Origin: Nitrospirota bacterium
Lineage (GTDB): Bacteria > Nitrospirota > UBA9217
Direction: 5' to 3'
Assembly: GCA_963754875.1 (NCBI GenBank)
Contig: CAVWHO010000017.1
Location: 128,001-192,000 of the forward strand
DNA length: 64,000 nucleotides
The notes beneath the pieces are model-generated. The model saw nothing but the letters and a program-made list of their open reading frames with translations, searched no databases and was not told the origin of the DNA. Positions 30,953 through 41,942 of this stretch are shown here, piece by piece. The position numbers and the translations under genes were made by a program. Within the stretch, counting starts at the first letter, position 1; every line of letters begins with the position of its first letter.

Positions 30953-32360
30953 TGTCAAATGTCAGGACATCGGTTACCCGTTTCTAATGGTCCGAAATGT
31001 CAAGACATCGGTTACCCAAGGCTGGTAACGGAGTCCTCAGGTAGTAAGTCTTCAGGCAATCGGTACTCGAAAGTATCGACAGTGTCGTTCCCGAGGTAGA
31101 GCTGCACTGAATGGATTTTCGTCACAATTTGTGCCCTTACGTAAGAGTATACGAGGTCTTTTGATACCTCGAAGCGTTCACCGAAGATGTCGAGTTTCCG
31201 ATCACTTCGAATGAACCGAATGACAGAAATACATCCATCCGGAATGAAGCTGAGGTCAGGCATCTTGGTATTCGATCCTACTGTTACCGGCGTAAAATTG
31301 TAGGCGGCCTGCCTCATCTCAAAAGGGGTTTTTCCCTTAAGGAAGCTGTAACGGTGATACTTGTTGTGAAACCGCTGGAAATTCTTGCTCTGCCGCTTCA
31401 GAACGGTATAGCTTGAAAACCATTGTCTGTGGTAGAACTTTTTGTCGTAGGTGTTGTTAAAATGCTCAACGACGCCGTTGCGCCACGGTTCGGCAATCGG
31501 GATAAAGACCGGATGGACACCATAGGCCAAGCAAAGCCGTATGACCATTCCGAAAGATCGGGGGTAACGATTGCTGCCGCGGAAGTTCAGCGCATTGTCC
31601 ATCTGGAGATAATCAGGAATCCCCATGGTCTTCCAGCAGCGTAAAAGCCCATGGCAGACGTGGGAATCCTCCTTTGTTCTTTGAGCCTCTATGTATACTT
31701 CACGGTCGAACAGATCGATAACGTTCATCGAATAGAATCTGCCGTCTCCTTTAATGTAACGCGGTCCTACCAGATCCATCTGGTGAATGTTGTTGCTGCA
31801 CAGAGCTTCGATGAAGTAAGGGTATTCGACCCCTTTCGGTACATAGGCTGTTTTTTTTTACGAGCCCTTCGCGCTTCAGCACTCGGTTAATTGTACTATC
31901 CGAAGGGAACGGTAAATCCTGCTTCTTGAGTTCCCACTTGATGGCCGAGACACCGATCTGGGAATAGGGAGCAGCTACCAACTGTTGTCTGGTCGAAAGG
32001 ATGCGCTCTTTTTCTTCCTGGTCGATCTCTGAGGGCCTTGTTTTGGGAGCCCGGGATTGTTCTTTGTACCAGTCTGGTGCTCCGGTCTGATAGCGGTTCA
32101 GCCATTTGAAGAACCACTTTTTGGATCGGTTCAAGCTGGTATAGACATCCTTGGGTGATTCACCTCCTTGGATGTGTCTATTAATTGCGGTTTGTCTTAG
32201 TTCTTCTTCCATCAGTGCTCTCCTTTGACGATCTCGGATAAGGAGAGCATGATAGCATTAAATGCAGACTAGGACACCGATGTCCTGATGTAAAAAAAAT
32301 GACGTTTCGGGTAACCGATGTCTTGACACATCTGGGTAACCGATGTCCTGAAACTTGTCA
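30953..32360 (-). mobile_element. IS481/ISNCY-like insertion sequence
   Basis: IRs TGTCAAATGTCAGGACATCGGTTACCC / TGACAAGTTTCAGGACATCGGTTACCC, internal repeats, 6-bp TSD CTTAAT. Confidence 0.88.
31012..32212 (-). CDS. DDE transposase split at an A9 run (31851-31859)
   Basis: HTH ORF 31751..32212 plus integrase-core ORF (QMDN, NGVVEHFN); removing one A fuses them. Confidence 0.85.
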
Positions 32361-32794
32361 CTTAATAGCTAGTCAGCTTGCCCGTTTATCAGCAAGCAGG
32401 CTTAGAGGATAAGCCGCCTGCTCGTATGTGCACCGAACCAAGACCTACAAGGAACCGATAGTCTGGCAAAGGATTGATGAACTCGCCATTGAAGGATATA
32501 AGGCAACCAAAAAATCTCAAAAGAAGAGATGCACGGATTTACCTCGTACGCAAATGCAACTCTTTCAATTCTAACGAATATGATTTGGGTACGTTAGAAA
32601 AAGGAGACAGGGAATTTGCATGATTTGTGAACGTATCAATCGAGTCAGTGGCCGAGACGAAATATCTGCTCAATTCTGCGGCGAAATTTAGATATTTCAA
32701 AGAGTAAGAATAGGAGAAGAAAGAGGAACTGAAAAAAGTCAGCAAAATACTGTGAAACTTTTCGATTTCGCGCCTACCTGTTGGTGAAAAAATT

Positions 32795-34231
32795 ATGACA
32801 CCTCCCCGCAGAAAAATACTTTTTCAGTCAATGAAACTCTTTGATCTCCTGAACATGATCATTTGCTTTATTTTTGCTGCGTCAATCGAATCGAGCAGTG
32901 AACATGTTTCGTTGGAGGAGTTCCTTTCCGTGCGCATCAAGCTGGCGAACGTAGTGCTTTTTTCCGGTTTTGTCTTCCTGTGGTATTACACCCTGTTTTG
33001 GTTCGGGTCTTATGTATCGCAACGGCTCGCCTCTCTCAAGAGCGTAGTCGCCGATATCGTAAAGGCCACATCTGTAGGGACCATTATCCTCATGGTTTTT
33101 GCGATGCTGTTTCATATCACAATGGCCAGCAAAAGCTTCCTCGTTTTTTTCTGGCTTAGCGTCACAATTATCGCTATTGTGAGCAGGCTCATTCTCAAGC
33201 TTGTGTTGGAGAGGATCAGGCTTCGTGGAAGAAACCAGCGGAATATCATCGTCGTCGGGACCAATGCACGGGCCATGCGTTTCGCGAGGTGGATGGAAAC
33301 GAACAACGAGCTCGGTTACCGTCTCGTCGGTTTTGCAGACGATGATTGGCCTCAGATTCAAAAAGCTCGACAGGCCGGCTATGTCGTTGTGAGCGGCTTA
33401 AAGGAATTTCCATCCTATTTGAGAAAGAACATTGTCGACGAAGTGATGATCTGCCTTCCTGTGAAGTCATTTTACCAAGACGCCTCGGGCATAATCTCCG
33501 CCTGTGAAGAGCAGGGCATCATCGTGAGATTTTTTTCGGACTTGTTTGATCACAAGATTGCCCATACCCTAACCACAACCTATGATGACGAATCGATCGT
33601 CACGTTGTTCACCGGGAGCATGGTTGGCGGCTGCGTCCTCATCAAACGCGCCATGGACATCCTCCTTTCCCTTGTCATCATTATTACACTCTTGCCTCTC
33701 TATCTGGTCACTGCTCTCCTGATCAAGCTCACTTCACCCGGACCCGTCTTCTTTGTTCAGGAACGATTGGGTCTTCATAAGCGGAGGATAAGAGTCTTCA
33801 AATTTCGCACAATGGTGCAAGATGCAGAAAAAAAACAGGCTGAGTTGGAACATCTTAACGAGGTGAGCGGTCCGGTATTCAAGATCAAACATGACCCTCG
33901 TGTAACTCCTGTAGGGAAATTATTGAGAAAGTCCAGTATTGATGAACTTCCGCAGCTTTTTAATGTATTGAGAGGGGATATGAGCCTTGTTGGTCCCAGG
34001 CCGATGGCTGTGAGGGACTATAATGGCTTTGACCAGGATTGGCACCGCCGTCGCTTCAGCGTAAGGCCAGGCATCACCTGTCTCTGGCAGATCAGCGGAA
34101 GGAGTGATCTATGCTTCGAAAAATGGATGGAGCTGGATATGCACTATATCGACAACTGGTCATTGTGGCTTGATCTGAAGATATTGCTGGGGACAATTCC
34201 TGCTGTGTTGAAGGGAAGCGGGGCAGAGTAA
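32795..34231 (+). CDS. Priming polyprenyl-phosphate glycosyl-1-phosphate transferase (WcaJ/WbaP-like)
   Basis: KFRTM, DELPQL.NVL.G.MSLVGPRP, PGIT. Confidence 0.93.
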   Translation: MTPPRRKILFQSMKLFDLLNMIICFIFAASIESSSEHVSLEEFLSVRIKLANVVLFSGFVFLWYYTLFWFGSYVSQRLASLKSVVADIVKATSVGTIILMVFAMLFHITMASKSFLVFFWLSVTIIAIVSRLILKLVLERIRLRGRNQRNIIVVGTNARAMRFARWMETNNELGYRLVGFADDDWPQIQKARQAGYVVVSGLKEFPSYLRKNIVDEVMICLPVKSFYQDASGIISACEEQGIIVRFFSDLFDHKIAHTLTTTYDDESIVTLFTGSMVGGCVLIKRAMDILLSLVIIITLLPLYLVTALLIKLTSPGPVFFVQERLGLHKRRIRVFKFRTMVQDAEKKQAELEHLNEVSGPVFKIKHDPRVTPVGKLLRKSSIDELPQLFNVLRGDMSLVGPRPMAVRDYNGFDQDWHRRRFSVRPGITCLWQISGRSDLCFEKWMELDMHYIDNWSLWLDLKILLGTIPAVLKGSGAE

Positions 34232-34429
34232 GTGGTCTGCCGTCTGGCAGCTTGAATTCTTGACAGTTTTTTAATTTGCAGTTTGCTTAAGACAATACTG
34301 GCTTTGCTGAAAGGATCGGGAGCAGGTTAAGGTCGGATCGGTCGAAGTAATGCATTACCGCTGTGGATATGATGATCGAGAGACACGAGGCCGCAGTTTT
34401 ATTCCTTGAAGAGGAGTTAGATTTATAAC

Positions 34430-35758
34430 ATGTTCACCGAACGACTTGAAATGAAAACGGCATTGGCAAGCGTCGTCTTTTTCGCCCTAGTATTTTTTTT
34501 TAGCGATCATTATTTGTACTACTCTCTCTTAGAAAATTACGACCTCTCGACTGATGTTTTTGAAAGCTTAACTCTGGAAGGAAATTTAGGAAGACGGCTA
34601 GCGTTTGTGGCGCTTGCTTTATTTGCGATTAGCAGTTTATTGGCCAAGAACCGCCACCGTCTTAAGATTCATGGGGCTCTCGGTTGGATGCTAGCATTAT
34701 TCTTTCTGTGGTCCCTCATGAGCATTGCCTGGTCCATTGATCCAGGCTTGACCTTCCGCAGACTCGGGGTCTTCATTATTGTTTGCCTCAGTGCCGTCGC
34801 CACGGTCAGACTTATCCCGATCAGTTTTCTTCCATCTTTGGCCTTTTTCGTTACGGCCTCTTATCTACTGGTAGGACTGATCGTAGAGATAAGCTTGGGG
34901 ACATTTAGACCAATATCAGAGGGATATCGTTTCGCCGGCACTCTCCATCCAAACATGCAGGGCGTTAATTGCGCCATGATGTTACTTTCAGCTACAACCC
35001 TGGCTGGCAGTGGTAAAAGCCGAAAAGCCGTTTTTATCCTCGCTGCTTTTATCGGTTTGCTGGCTTTATGCCTCACCAAGTCCCGGACGGCCTTTGCCGC
35101 TATGTTTTTTGCCCTGACCGTGTTCAAAACATTAAGTGGTTCTGCATCAAAGTGTTTAAAAGTCATCTTGGGTATAATATGGATCTTCTGTTTTTCATAT
35201 CTCCTCTGGGGAGATGATTTGATTTCGGTCTTGGGAAAATGGGTTTTTATGGGGAGAGCGTCCGAAGGTCTGGATACGCTTGCCGGTCGTATGCAAATAT
35301 ATAAACTAAGTCTGGATTACATCGGCCAGCATCCATTTCACGGTTATGGGTTCGCTAGTTTTTGGGTGCCCCGTCACATCCGTGAGTTTTCGCAAGCGGT
35401 AGGAATAGGCATCAACGGCGCCCACTCCATCTATCTTGAACTTTTGCTCAATGTTGGACTAGTGGGTTGTATCACCTATGTTTTCATTCTCTTTCTAGGG
35501 GTTAAGGATGCATTAAGCTACTATAAAAACACTCAAGCTGCCGAATATGGCTTTCTATTCATGCTGTTTGTTTTCTCTGTAATGCATGGGATGCTAGAAG
35601 GGGCACTAATTCAAGTGTCTTTCGGCTTGTTTCTGTTGATCTGTGGCTTCTTACACTTAGCCTTCGGGGCTGTGCCAGCAACCATGCAGTTTGAGGGCGA
35701 GCTACAAGATAAGAGGGCCGAGTCTTTACCCTTTCCACGGCAGACAACACCAGAATAA
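34430..35758 (+). CDS. Wzy polymerase / O-antigen ligase family
   Basis: Multi-TM, HPN, TKSRTA, GYGFASFW, AHS.YLE. Confidence 0.85.
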   Translation: MFTERLEMKTALASVVFFALVFFFSDHYLYYSLLENYDLSTDVFESLTLEGNLGRRLAFVALALFAISSLLAKNRHRLKIHGALGWMLALFFLWSLMSIAWSIDPGLTFRRLGVFIIVCLSAVATVRLIPISFLPSLAFFVTASYLLVGLIVEISLGTFRPISEGYRFAGTLHPNMQGVNCAMMLLSATTLAGSGKSRKAVFILAAFIGLLALCLTKSRTAFAAMFFALTVFKTLSGSASKCLKVILGIIWIFCFSYLLWGDDLISVLGKWVFMGRASEGLDTLAGRMQIYKLSLDYIGQHPFHGYGFASFWVPRHIREFSQAVGIGINGAHSIYLELLLNVGLVGCITYVFILFLGVKDALSYYKNTQAAEYGFLFMLFVFSVMHGMLEGALIQVSFGLFLLICGFLHLAFGAVPATMQFEGELQDKRAESLPFPRQTTPE

Positions 35759-35760
35759 TC

Positions 35761-37230
35761 ATGCACAATATTCTAATAAAAAAAATCCTGCGTGTTTACG
35801 AGAATGTATTGTTCAAAAATAGTTCCTGGGGATTAATGTCTCATATCTCGCAAACAATCCTGGTAAGCTTTTTTTTCATCATCATTGCAAGAATATATTC
35901 TACTACTGAATTTGCCAACTACATAATTGCCATTACTATTTACCAGCTTGTAGCAGCTTTTTCCACTTTCGGACTTAGCCAATGGTTTATTAGGGAATTT
36001 GCAGGTACGAGCAACCGAACGGATTTAATAAGTAAATTTTTGAAGATGCAAATTTATTTTGGGGTTTTTTTTTATGTCATAAATATCATTTTTACACTAT
36101 TTGTTTATAATGACGGGTTCATCCGCCTATTGGCCGCAATCTGTGGTCTTAATATTATTTTTGATAATTCAATTAATGCGATAAAATGTTTGAATATTGC
36201 AGAATTTCAGCAAACAAGAACATTTAAAATACTTACAGTTGAGGCGTTTTTAAAGTTAATAACTGGCTGCTTTCTGTTTGCGTATCCATTCTCTATAATC
36301 ACACTGTCCACCCTTCTAATAATCATACGATTAGTAACCTTAAATATGTTCTTGACATATGGTTCTTCCAGCCTAATCAGTTTGCATTCTCTTTTGAAGT
36401 ACAAGTTATCATTTATTGATATACGGCACTTGATCATTTTAAATTGGCCATTTGTGATTATTGGAAGTGTGTCCATGGTAAATTGGCGCCTTGCAAATAT
36501 TATAATATCGAAAACATTAACTATTGCCGATATCGCTAATTATGAAATATCTTATAAGGTATTTTCAATAGCTCAATTGTTACCAGTCGTTGTATCCACC
36601 ACAGTTTATCCGTTGCTAGTAAAATTATATGCAGAGGGAGACATGGATAGGTTTCGATCTTTATATAAAATGACTCATTTGTATTATCTATTATTTGGTC
36701 TTTTTTCTTACACATTTATTTATACATTTTCAGATTTCCTGATACCGTTGGCATTTGGTTCAAGATATGTCTTCAGTGCAGTTTATACAAAACAGCTATT
36801 CTTAACAATGCTAGTTTTTCCTACAGCTTTTTTACAAGCAAATATCCTAATTGCTATGAGATATGAAAAAAATGACATGTGGTTAAATATCATTTTACTC
36901 TTAGCAAATATTATTATATGTCTTATCGGATTGCATTATATAAAATCACTTGCAGTAGTGACTATTTCTATTTTCTTATCTTTTCTTATCTTTCATATTT
37001 TGCAAGATATATTTATGATAAAAGTAAACGTCTCGACCATAAGACACGCCTTCACATTTTATGCTATTAGTTTAGTGGCTGTCATTAGCTATATATTACT
37101 ATCCAAAGCTTTTGGTTCTTACTTTGCTTTTTTTACCTTTTGGCTCTTGACATATTATTTCCTGATTCGCTCGAATAAACTTAAGCATCACAATGAAAAT
37201 ATTACTTTTTTAACAATTAAGGATGGATAG
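35761..37230 (+). CDS. Wzx-type flippase
   Basis: Many TM segments, polysaccharide-biosynthesis layout. Confidence 0.85.
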   Translation: MHNILIKKILRVYENVLFKNSSWGLMSHISQTILVSFFFIIIARIYSTTEFANYIIAITIYQLVAAFSTFGLSQWFIREFAGTSNRTDLISKFLKMQIYFGVFFYVINIIFTLFVYNDGFIRLLAAICGLNIIFDNSINAIKCLNIAEFQQTRTFKILTVEAFLKLITGCFLFAYPFSIITLSTLLIIIRLVTLNMFLTYGSSSLISLHSLLKYKLSFIDIRHLIILNWPFVIIGSVSMVNWRLANIIISKTLTIADIANYEISYKVFSIAQLLPVVVSTTVYPLLVKLYAEGDMDRFRSLYKMTHLYYLLFGLFSYTFIYTFSDFLIPLAFGSRYVFSAVYTKQLFLTMLVFPTAFLQANILIAMRYEKNDMWLNIILLLANIIICLIGLHYIKSLAVVTISIFLSFLIFHILQDIFMIKVNVSTIRHAFTFYAISLVAVISYILLSKAFGSYFAFFTFWLLTYYFLIRSNKLKHHNENITFLTIKDG

Positions 37231-37334
37231 GATAATGTATAAAATGATTTTCCATATTAAATCTAGAGTAATAAAAGTCGCTAATGTGGCAATTGACAAG
37301 TGGATAAACTGTATACAATAAGAAGAGAAAATTA

Positions 37335-38291
37335 ATGGCAAGAGCTAAAAGTGCACTGATTTGCGGAATTTCAGGTCAGGACGGCGCATACCTTTCGCAG
37401 TTTCTGTTAAACAAGGGGTATGAAATATATGGTACCTCCCGCGATGCGCAAATGCAAGCATTTCATAACCTGGCCCGACTCGGAATACGTGATCGCGTAA
37501 AAACGGAATCAATGGCATTGAATGACTTCCGAAGTGTCCTCCAGATTGTTGCCAAAGTCAGGCCGGATGAGATCTATAACCTGGCAGGACAGAGCTCGGT
37601 AGGACTTTCCTTTCAGCAACCTATAGAGACACTAGAAAGTATTAGTGGAGGTACTCTCAATTTGCTTGAAGCAATCCGTTTCATCGACCTTCCCGTCAAA
37701 TTTTACAATGCTGGCTCTAGTGAAAGTTTTGGGGATACCGGTGGCGCCTCGGCGGATGAATCCACCCCATTCAGGCCGAGAAGCCCTTATGCAGTGGCAA
37801 AGGCGACTTCTTGTTGGGAAGTGTCAAATTACCGAGAGGCTTACGGCCTCTTTGCCTGTTCTGGAATCCTGTTTAACCATGAGTCTCCCTTACGGCCAGA
37901 TCGCTTCGTAACAAAAAAAATAACTTCCGCCGTCTGTCGGATCGCTAAAGGATCAAGGGAAAAACTGAGGTTGGGGGATATTTCAATTTCCAGGGACTGG
38001 GGATGGGCCTCGGAATATGTCGAGGCGATGTGGCTTATGCTCCAGCAGGATCAACCGGATGACTACGTGATAGCCACGGGAGAGGAGCATACCCTGGAAG
38101 AGTTCACATCTTTTGCCTTTGGATGCATGGGGATTGACTGGCGCGACTATGTGGAAAATGGCCCTGAATTGTATAGACCGACCGAAATCAGGACAAGTCG
38201 AGGGAACCCTGAAAAGGCGCTGACTCAGCTGGGCTGGCAGGCTCGTTATAAGATGTGCGACATAGTTAAAATGATGTTAATGGAACAGTAA
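37335..38291 (+). CDS. gmd: GDP-mannose 4,6-dehydratase
   Basis: GISGQDG, SPYAVAK, LFNHESP, RDWG. Confidence 0.92.
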   Translation: MARAKSALICGISGQDGAYLSQFLLNKGYEIYGTSRDAQMQAFHNLARLGIRDRVKTESMALNDFRSVLQIVAKVRPDEIYNLAGQSSVGLSFQQPIETLESISGGTLNLLEAIRFIDLPVKFYNAGSSESFGDTGGASADESTPFRPRSPYAVAKATSCWEVSNYREAYGLFACSGILFNHESPLRPDRFVTKKITSAVCRIAKGSREKLRLGDISISRDWGWASEYVEAMWLMLQQDQPDDYVIATGEEHTLEEFTSFAFGCMGIDWRDYVENGPELYRPTEIRTSRGNPEKALTQLGWQARYKMCDIVKMMLMEQ

Positions 38292-38386
38292 AGGATGAAG
38301 CTGGGCGGAGAATTATAAACCGGTCGCGTTATGCTTACTGGCAGAGATTATGAAGGTGATTTCAAGTAAAAAAAAGAGCTGATGAT

Positions 38387-39499
38387 ATGCCAAAATTAAA
38401 GAAAAAACTCTGCTGGATAACACCTGATTATTTTTTGTGCGTTGATGCTTTAATTGTTCCAGAGCTATCTAATGACTATGAGATTGACTGGATTCTTATT
38501 AATACACGAAATACAGGAAGAAAATCAGATGGCCTAGTATTTAATACATTTAAGCCCAAAGAATATAACCTAAAATATAGACAAAGGGACCCCCGCATAA
38601 TAATACAATATCTGAGGTTACTAAACAACATCCGGGAATCAGATGCTGACTTAATTTATATATCTTTTCACGGTCTGCCATATTTTTTCCCTCTTTTCTT
38701 TTTGTTAATAAACCCCAATCGGGTGATTTATGGTGCTCACAATGTTAGTACTCCAAAAGGGGCGAGTAATGAGTGCCTTATGCGAATATATAATAATTAT
38801 GTACATAGCAGAATGAAAAAATTTCACGTATTTTCGAAGTCGCAGTTAACCATTATTAGAAGACTGCTACCTGATAAAAAATCATATTATGCTCCCTTAG
38901 CTCTAGAAGATTATGGATCATCAGCTGTTATTCCACCTGATAATATAATAAGGTTTTTATTTTTTGGGTACATTAGAAATTATAAAAGGCTAGATTTATT
39001 GATAAATGCTTTTCAGGATTTGTACAAATCCGGAATGCAAAATATTGAGCTCTATATTGCCGGCAATTGTGAAAATTGGGAATATTATCAATCAATGATT
39101 ACTATCAGTGAAGGGATTAAAACAAGAATTGAAATTATACCCAATCATGATATTCCAGATCTAATATCTTCTTGCCATTATATGGTATTGCCTTACCAGG
39201 ATATAGCCCAAAGTGCGGTGCTTACATTAGCATATCAATACAATAAGCCAATAATCGCTTCCGATATTGATCCTTTCAGGGAGTTCATCGTAGATGGATT
39301 TACAGGATTCTTTTTTAAAAGACAATCACGGGAAAGTTTATCTTCTGTTATGAGAGAAGTAATTTTAAAGCATAATGCTAATTACGAAAACATGAGACAA
39401 AATATCATGGCTTTTGTAAAGAAAGAGTATTCAATGAGCCAAATAATATCTATGTATAAAGCCTTTTTAGATGAATGTATTTCAAGGGAACAGCAATAA
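38387..39499 (+). CDS. GT4 glycosyltransferase
   Basis: FFGYIRNYKRLD, LPY...QSAV. Confidence 0.85.
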   Translation: MPKLKKKLCWITPDYFLCVDALIVPELSNDYEIDWILINTRNTGRKSDGLVFNTFKPKEYNLKYRQRDPRIIIQYLRLLNNIRESDADLIYISFHGLPYFFPLFFLLINPNRVIYGAHNVSTPKGASNECLMRIYNNYVHSRMKKFHVFSKSQLTIIRRLLPDKKSYYAPLALEDYGSSAVIPPDNIIRFLFFGYIRNYKRLDLLINAFQDLYKSGMQNIELYIAGNCENWEYYQSMITISEGIKTRIEIIPNHDIPDLISSCHYMVLPYQDIAQSAVLTLAYQYNKPIIASDIDPFREFIVDGFTGFFFKRQSRESLSSVMREVILKHNANYENMRQNIMAFVKKEYSMSQIISMYKAFLDECISREQQ

Positions 39500-39516
39500 A
39501 AAAAAATGGGCTCTGT

Positions 39517-40674
39517 ATGAAAAAAATAGGAATATTAACTTATTTAAATGAATATGCAAATCTTGGTACTAACATGCAAGCGTATTGCACGTTGGAGGCA
39601 ATTAAAAAAGAATATCCTGATGCCCAAGTAGAACTAATAAATTATGTGGGATGGCGGCGGCCAATGAGGCCCTATCTAACGGATATTTCTTTTCATTCGT
39701 TTAAAAATGATATTATCAGAATTAAAAAATATAATATTTTTTTTAAAAATGAAATTACAACGAGCCGAAACAAATTAATGTCTTCAAACCGTGACAACTC
39801 TATTGAGTTTATTAAGAAACAAAACTATGACGCAATATATGTTGGCTCTGATACGGTGTTGGAATTACAACAGGCCAACAAAGATAACTTGACTGCATAC
39901 TGGTTAGACAATACGGTTGATAGTCATAAATTTCTTATAGCAGCTTCCTCTCATAATGTTTATTATGACGCCTTATCTGAAAATCAAAAGAATCTAATTC
40001 AGAAAACAATAGATGGATTTTCTTTATTAGGGGTTAGAGATGAGGCTACCTTCCGATTGCTATCAAATTTTACGTCGCCAGGAGATAAAAGGTTGCAAAT
40101 CGTACCAGATCCAACGTTTACCTATGAAATAGATTATAGTATTGCCGAGCAATATATTAAAAGGAAGAAATTAAATTTTAATAAACCTGTTGTCTGTTTG
40201 CATTTATTAAGAAATACAAAATGGGCGTGGGATTTATCGAATTATTTCAGAAAGTCGGGTTTTATTGTAGTATCGCTTCGTCCTGCTTATTATGCTGATA
40301 TGATTTTTACAGATTTGTCGCCTTTTGAACAAATGGGAATATATAAATATTTTGACCTCGTCATAACTCATCGATTCCATGATTCCATTTTTTGTATAAA
40401 AAATTATACTCCTGTTATTTTCTTTACAGAGAATGTTACTGATGTAACGCCAGATCAAGAATCGAAAGCCTTGACGCTATTTAAGTCGTTTAAATTAGAC
40501 AAATCAAATTACATCGCAAACAAGGATATTTTGACAGCTAAATATTTACTTGATATGCAGCAGAAGGCGATAATGAATTTTAAAAATAATGAGGATTTTA
40601 TTAAATGTGAACTTAAGGTGCAAAAAAATAAATATGAAAACTTTGTACAGGAATCTAGAAGAATGTGCATGTAA
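39517..40674 (+). CDS. Polysaccharide pyruvyl transferase family protein
   Basis: N.G..QAY, VGSD, VRD, DPT, RFH. Confidence 0.85.
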   Translation: MKKIGILTYLNEYANLGTNMQAYCTLEAIKKEYPDAQVELINYVGWRRPMRPYLTDISFHSFKNDIIRIKKYNIFFKNEITTSRNKLMSSNRDNSIEFIKKQNYDAIYVGSDTVLELQQANKDNLTAYWLDNTVDSHKFLIAASSHNVYYDALSENQKNLIQKTIDGFSLLGVRDEATFRLLSNFTSPGDKRLQIVPDPTFTYEIDYSIAEQYIKRKKLNFNKPVVCLHLLRNTKWAWDLSNYFRKSGFIVVSLRPAYYADMIFTDLSPFEQMGIYKYFDLVITHRFHDSIFCIKNYTPVIFFTENVTDVTPDQESKALTLFKSFKLDKSNYIANKDILTAKYLLDMQQKAIMNFKNNEDFIKCELKVQKNKYENFVQESRRMCM

Positions 40675-40689
40675 TGATTGCACAACAAT

Positions 40690-40813
40690 GAGATTACGCC
40701 CGAGCAAAATAGCTCGGATCGAATATCTACTGAACCGCCGACCAAGGAGCCTTGGTTACAAAACGCCATTGAAGGTCGCAGCCTCAAGTAATACACTTCG
40801 AGTTTGAATTCGC
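40690..40813 (+). pseudogene. IS30 transposase C-terminal remnant and right end
   Basis: IEYLLNRRPR.SLGYKTP followed by CACTTCGAGTTTGAATTCGC. Confidence 0.6.
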
Positions 40814-40847
40814 GACCTTACATTTTATCTGGTTATTCCCAAATTCT

Positions 40848-41942
40848 ATGAAAATTATTATAACCTCACCTTCACTTAAGAAAAATCACAATATAAGTGG
40901 CATTTCATCGGTCACACAATTTATTATCAAAAGAAATACGGGAAAGGAATATATTCATTTTCAACTGGGCAAAAAAGACTTCGAAAGTCGTAATTTAGGC
41001 TGGTTTTTCCGAATTCTGAAAGCATATCTGAAATGGGGTTATTTGATGCTTACCCAAAAGGATATATTGATACATTTCAATCTCGCCTTTAGCATACTCT
41101 CCATATTTCGTGATTCTCCTTTGATTTTATTTGCCCGCTTGTTGCGCAAACCCATGATTATTCATTTACATGGTGGTGAATATCTCACAGAGAGCAAAAT
41201 GCCATTATTGATAAAGTATATTTTAAAATGCAGTATGTCGGGCCAAAACCCGAAAATTGTCCTAAGTTCTACGGAAAAGAAAATGATCAATCGAAATTTC
41301 AGTATTAGTAAAATATTTGTTCTCCCAAATTGCATCGAATTAGAGGATGCAGGCAAGTTTCAACGTACTTATACGAAAAACGAGGTGCTCAGACTTCTAT
41401 TCATGGGCCGTATTGTTGTAAGCAAGGGAATTGAATTAATTTTTCGGGCACTGGAATGCCTAAAACAGAAAGGCGTTAGATTAAAATTTGTTATAGCAGG
41501 CAAAGGCCCTGACGAAAAACTTTATGTCCGTAAATTTAGGGAGTTGTTAGGCGAGGATTTTGAACATAAGGGCGTTGTATCAGGTGACCAAAAGACAGAA
41601 TTATTAAGAAATTGCCATGTATTTCTTTTGCCATCATTTTTTGAGGGATTGCCAATGGCATTGATCGAGAGCATGTCTTTTGGCTTAGTCCCCGTAACCA
41701 CGAATGTTGGTTCCATCAAGTATGTAATTAAACATGAGATAAACGGGATATTTGTAAATAAGCATTCATCAGCAGAAATAGCATCTGCTATTGAAAAACT
41801 TTCTAAAGATAAAGAACATTTGCAAGAATTAAGCAGAAATGCACGACAATATATCTTTAGCAACTACAATCCGGACGCCTATATTGCCAGACTAAATGAG
41901 ATCTACGACGATGAATATAATCATAAATATTCATTCAGTTAA
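40848..41942 (+). CDS. GT4 glycosyltransferase
   Basis: HLHGG, FMGR...KG, EGLPMALIESM. Confidence 0.9.
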   Translation: MKIIITSPSLKKNHNISGISSVTQFIIKRNTGKEYIHFQLGKKDFESRNLGWFFRILKAYLKWGYLMLTQKDILIHFNLAFSILSIFRDSPLILFARLLRKPMIIHLHGGEYLTESKMPLLIKYILKCSMSGQNPKIVLSSTEKKMINRNFSISKIFVLPNCIELEDAGKFQRTYTKNEVLRLLFMGRIVVSKGIELIFRALECLKQKGVRLKFVIAGKGPDEKLYVRKFRELLGEDFEHKGVVSGDQKTELLRNCHVFLLPSFFEGLPMALIESMSFGLVPVTTNVGSIKYVIKHEINGIFVNKHSSAEIASAIEKLSKDKEHLQELSRNARQYIFSNYNPDAYIARLNEIYDDEYNHKYSFS

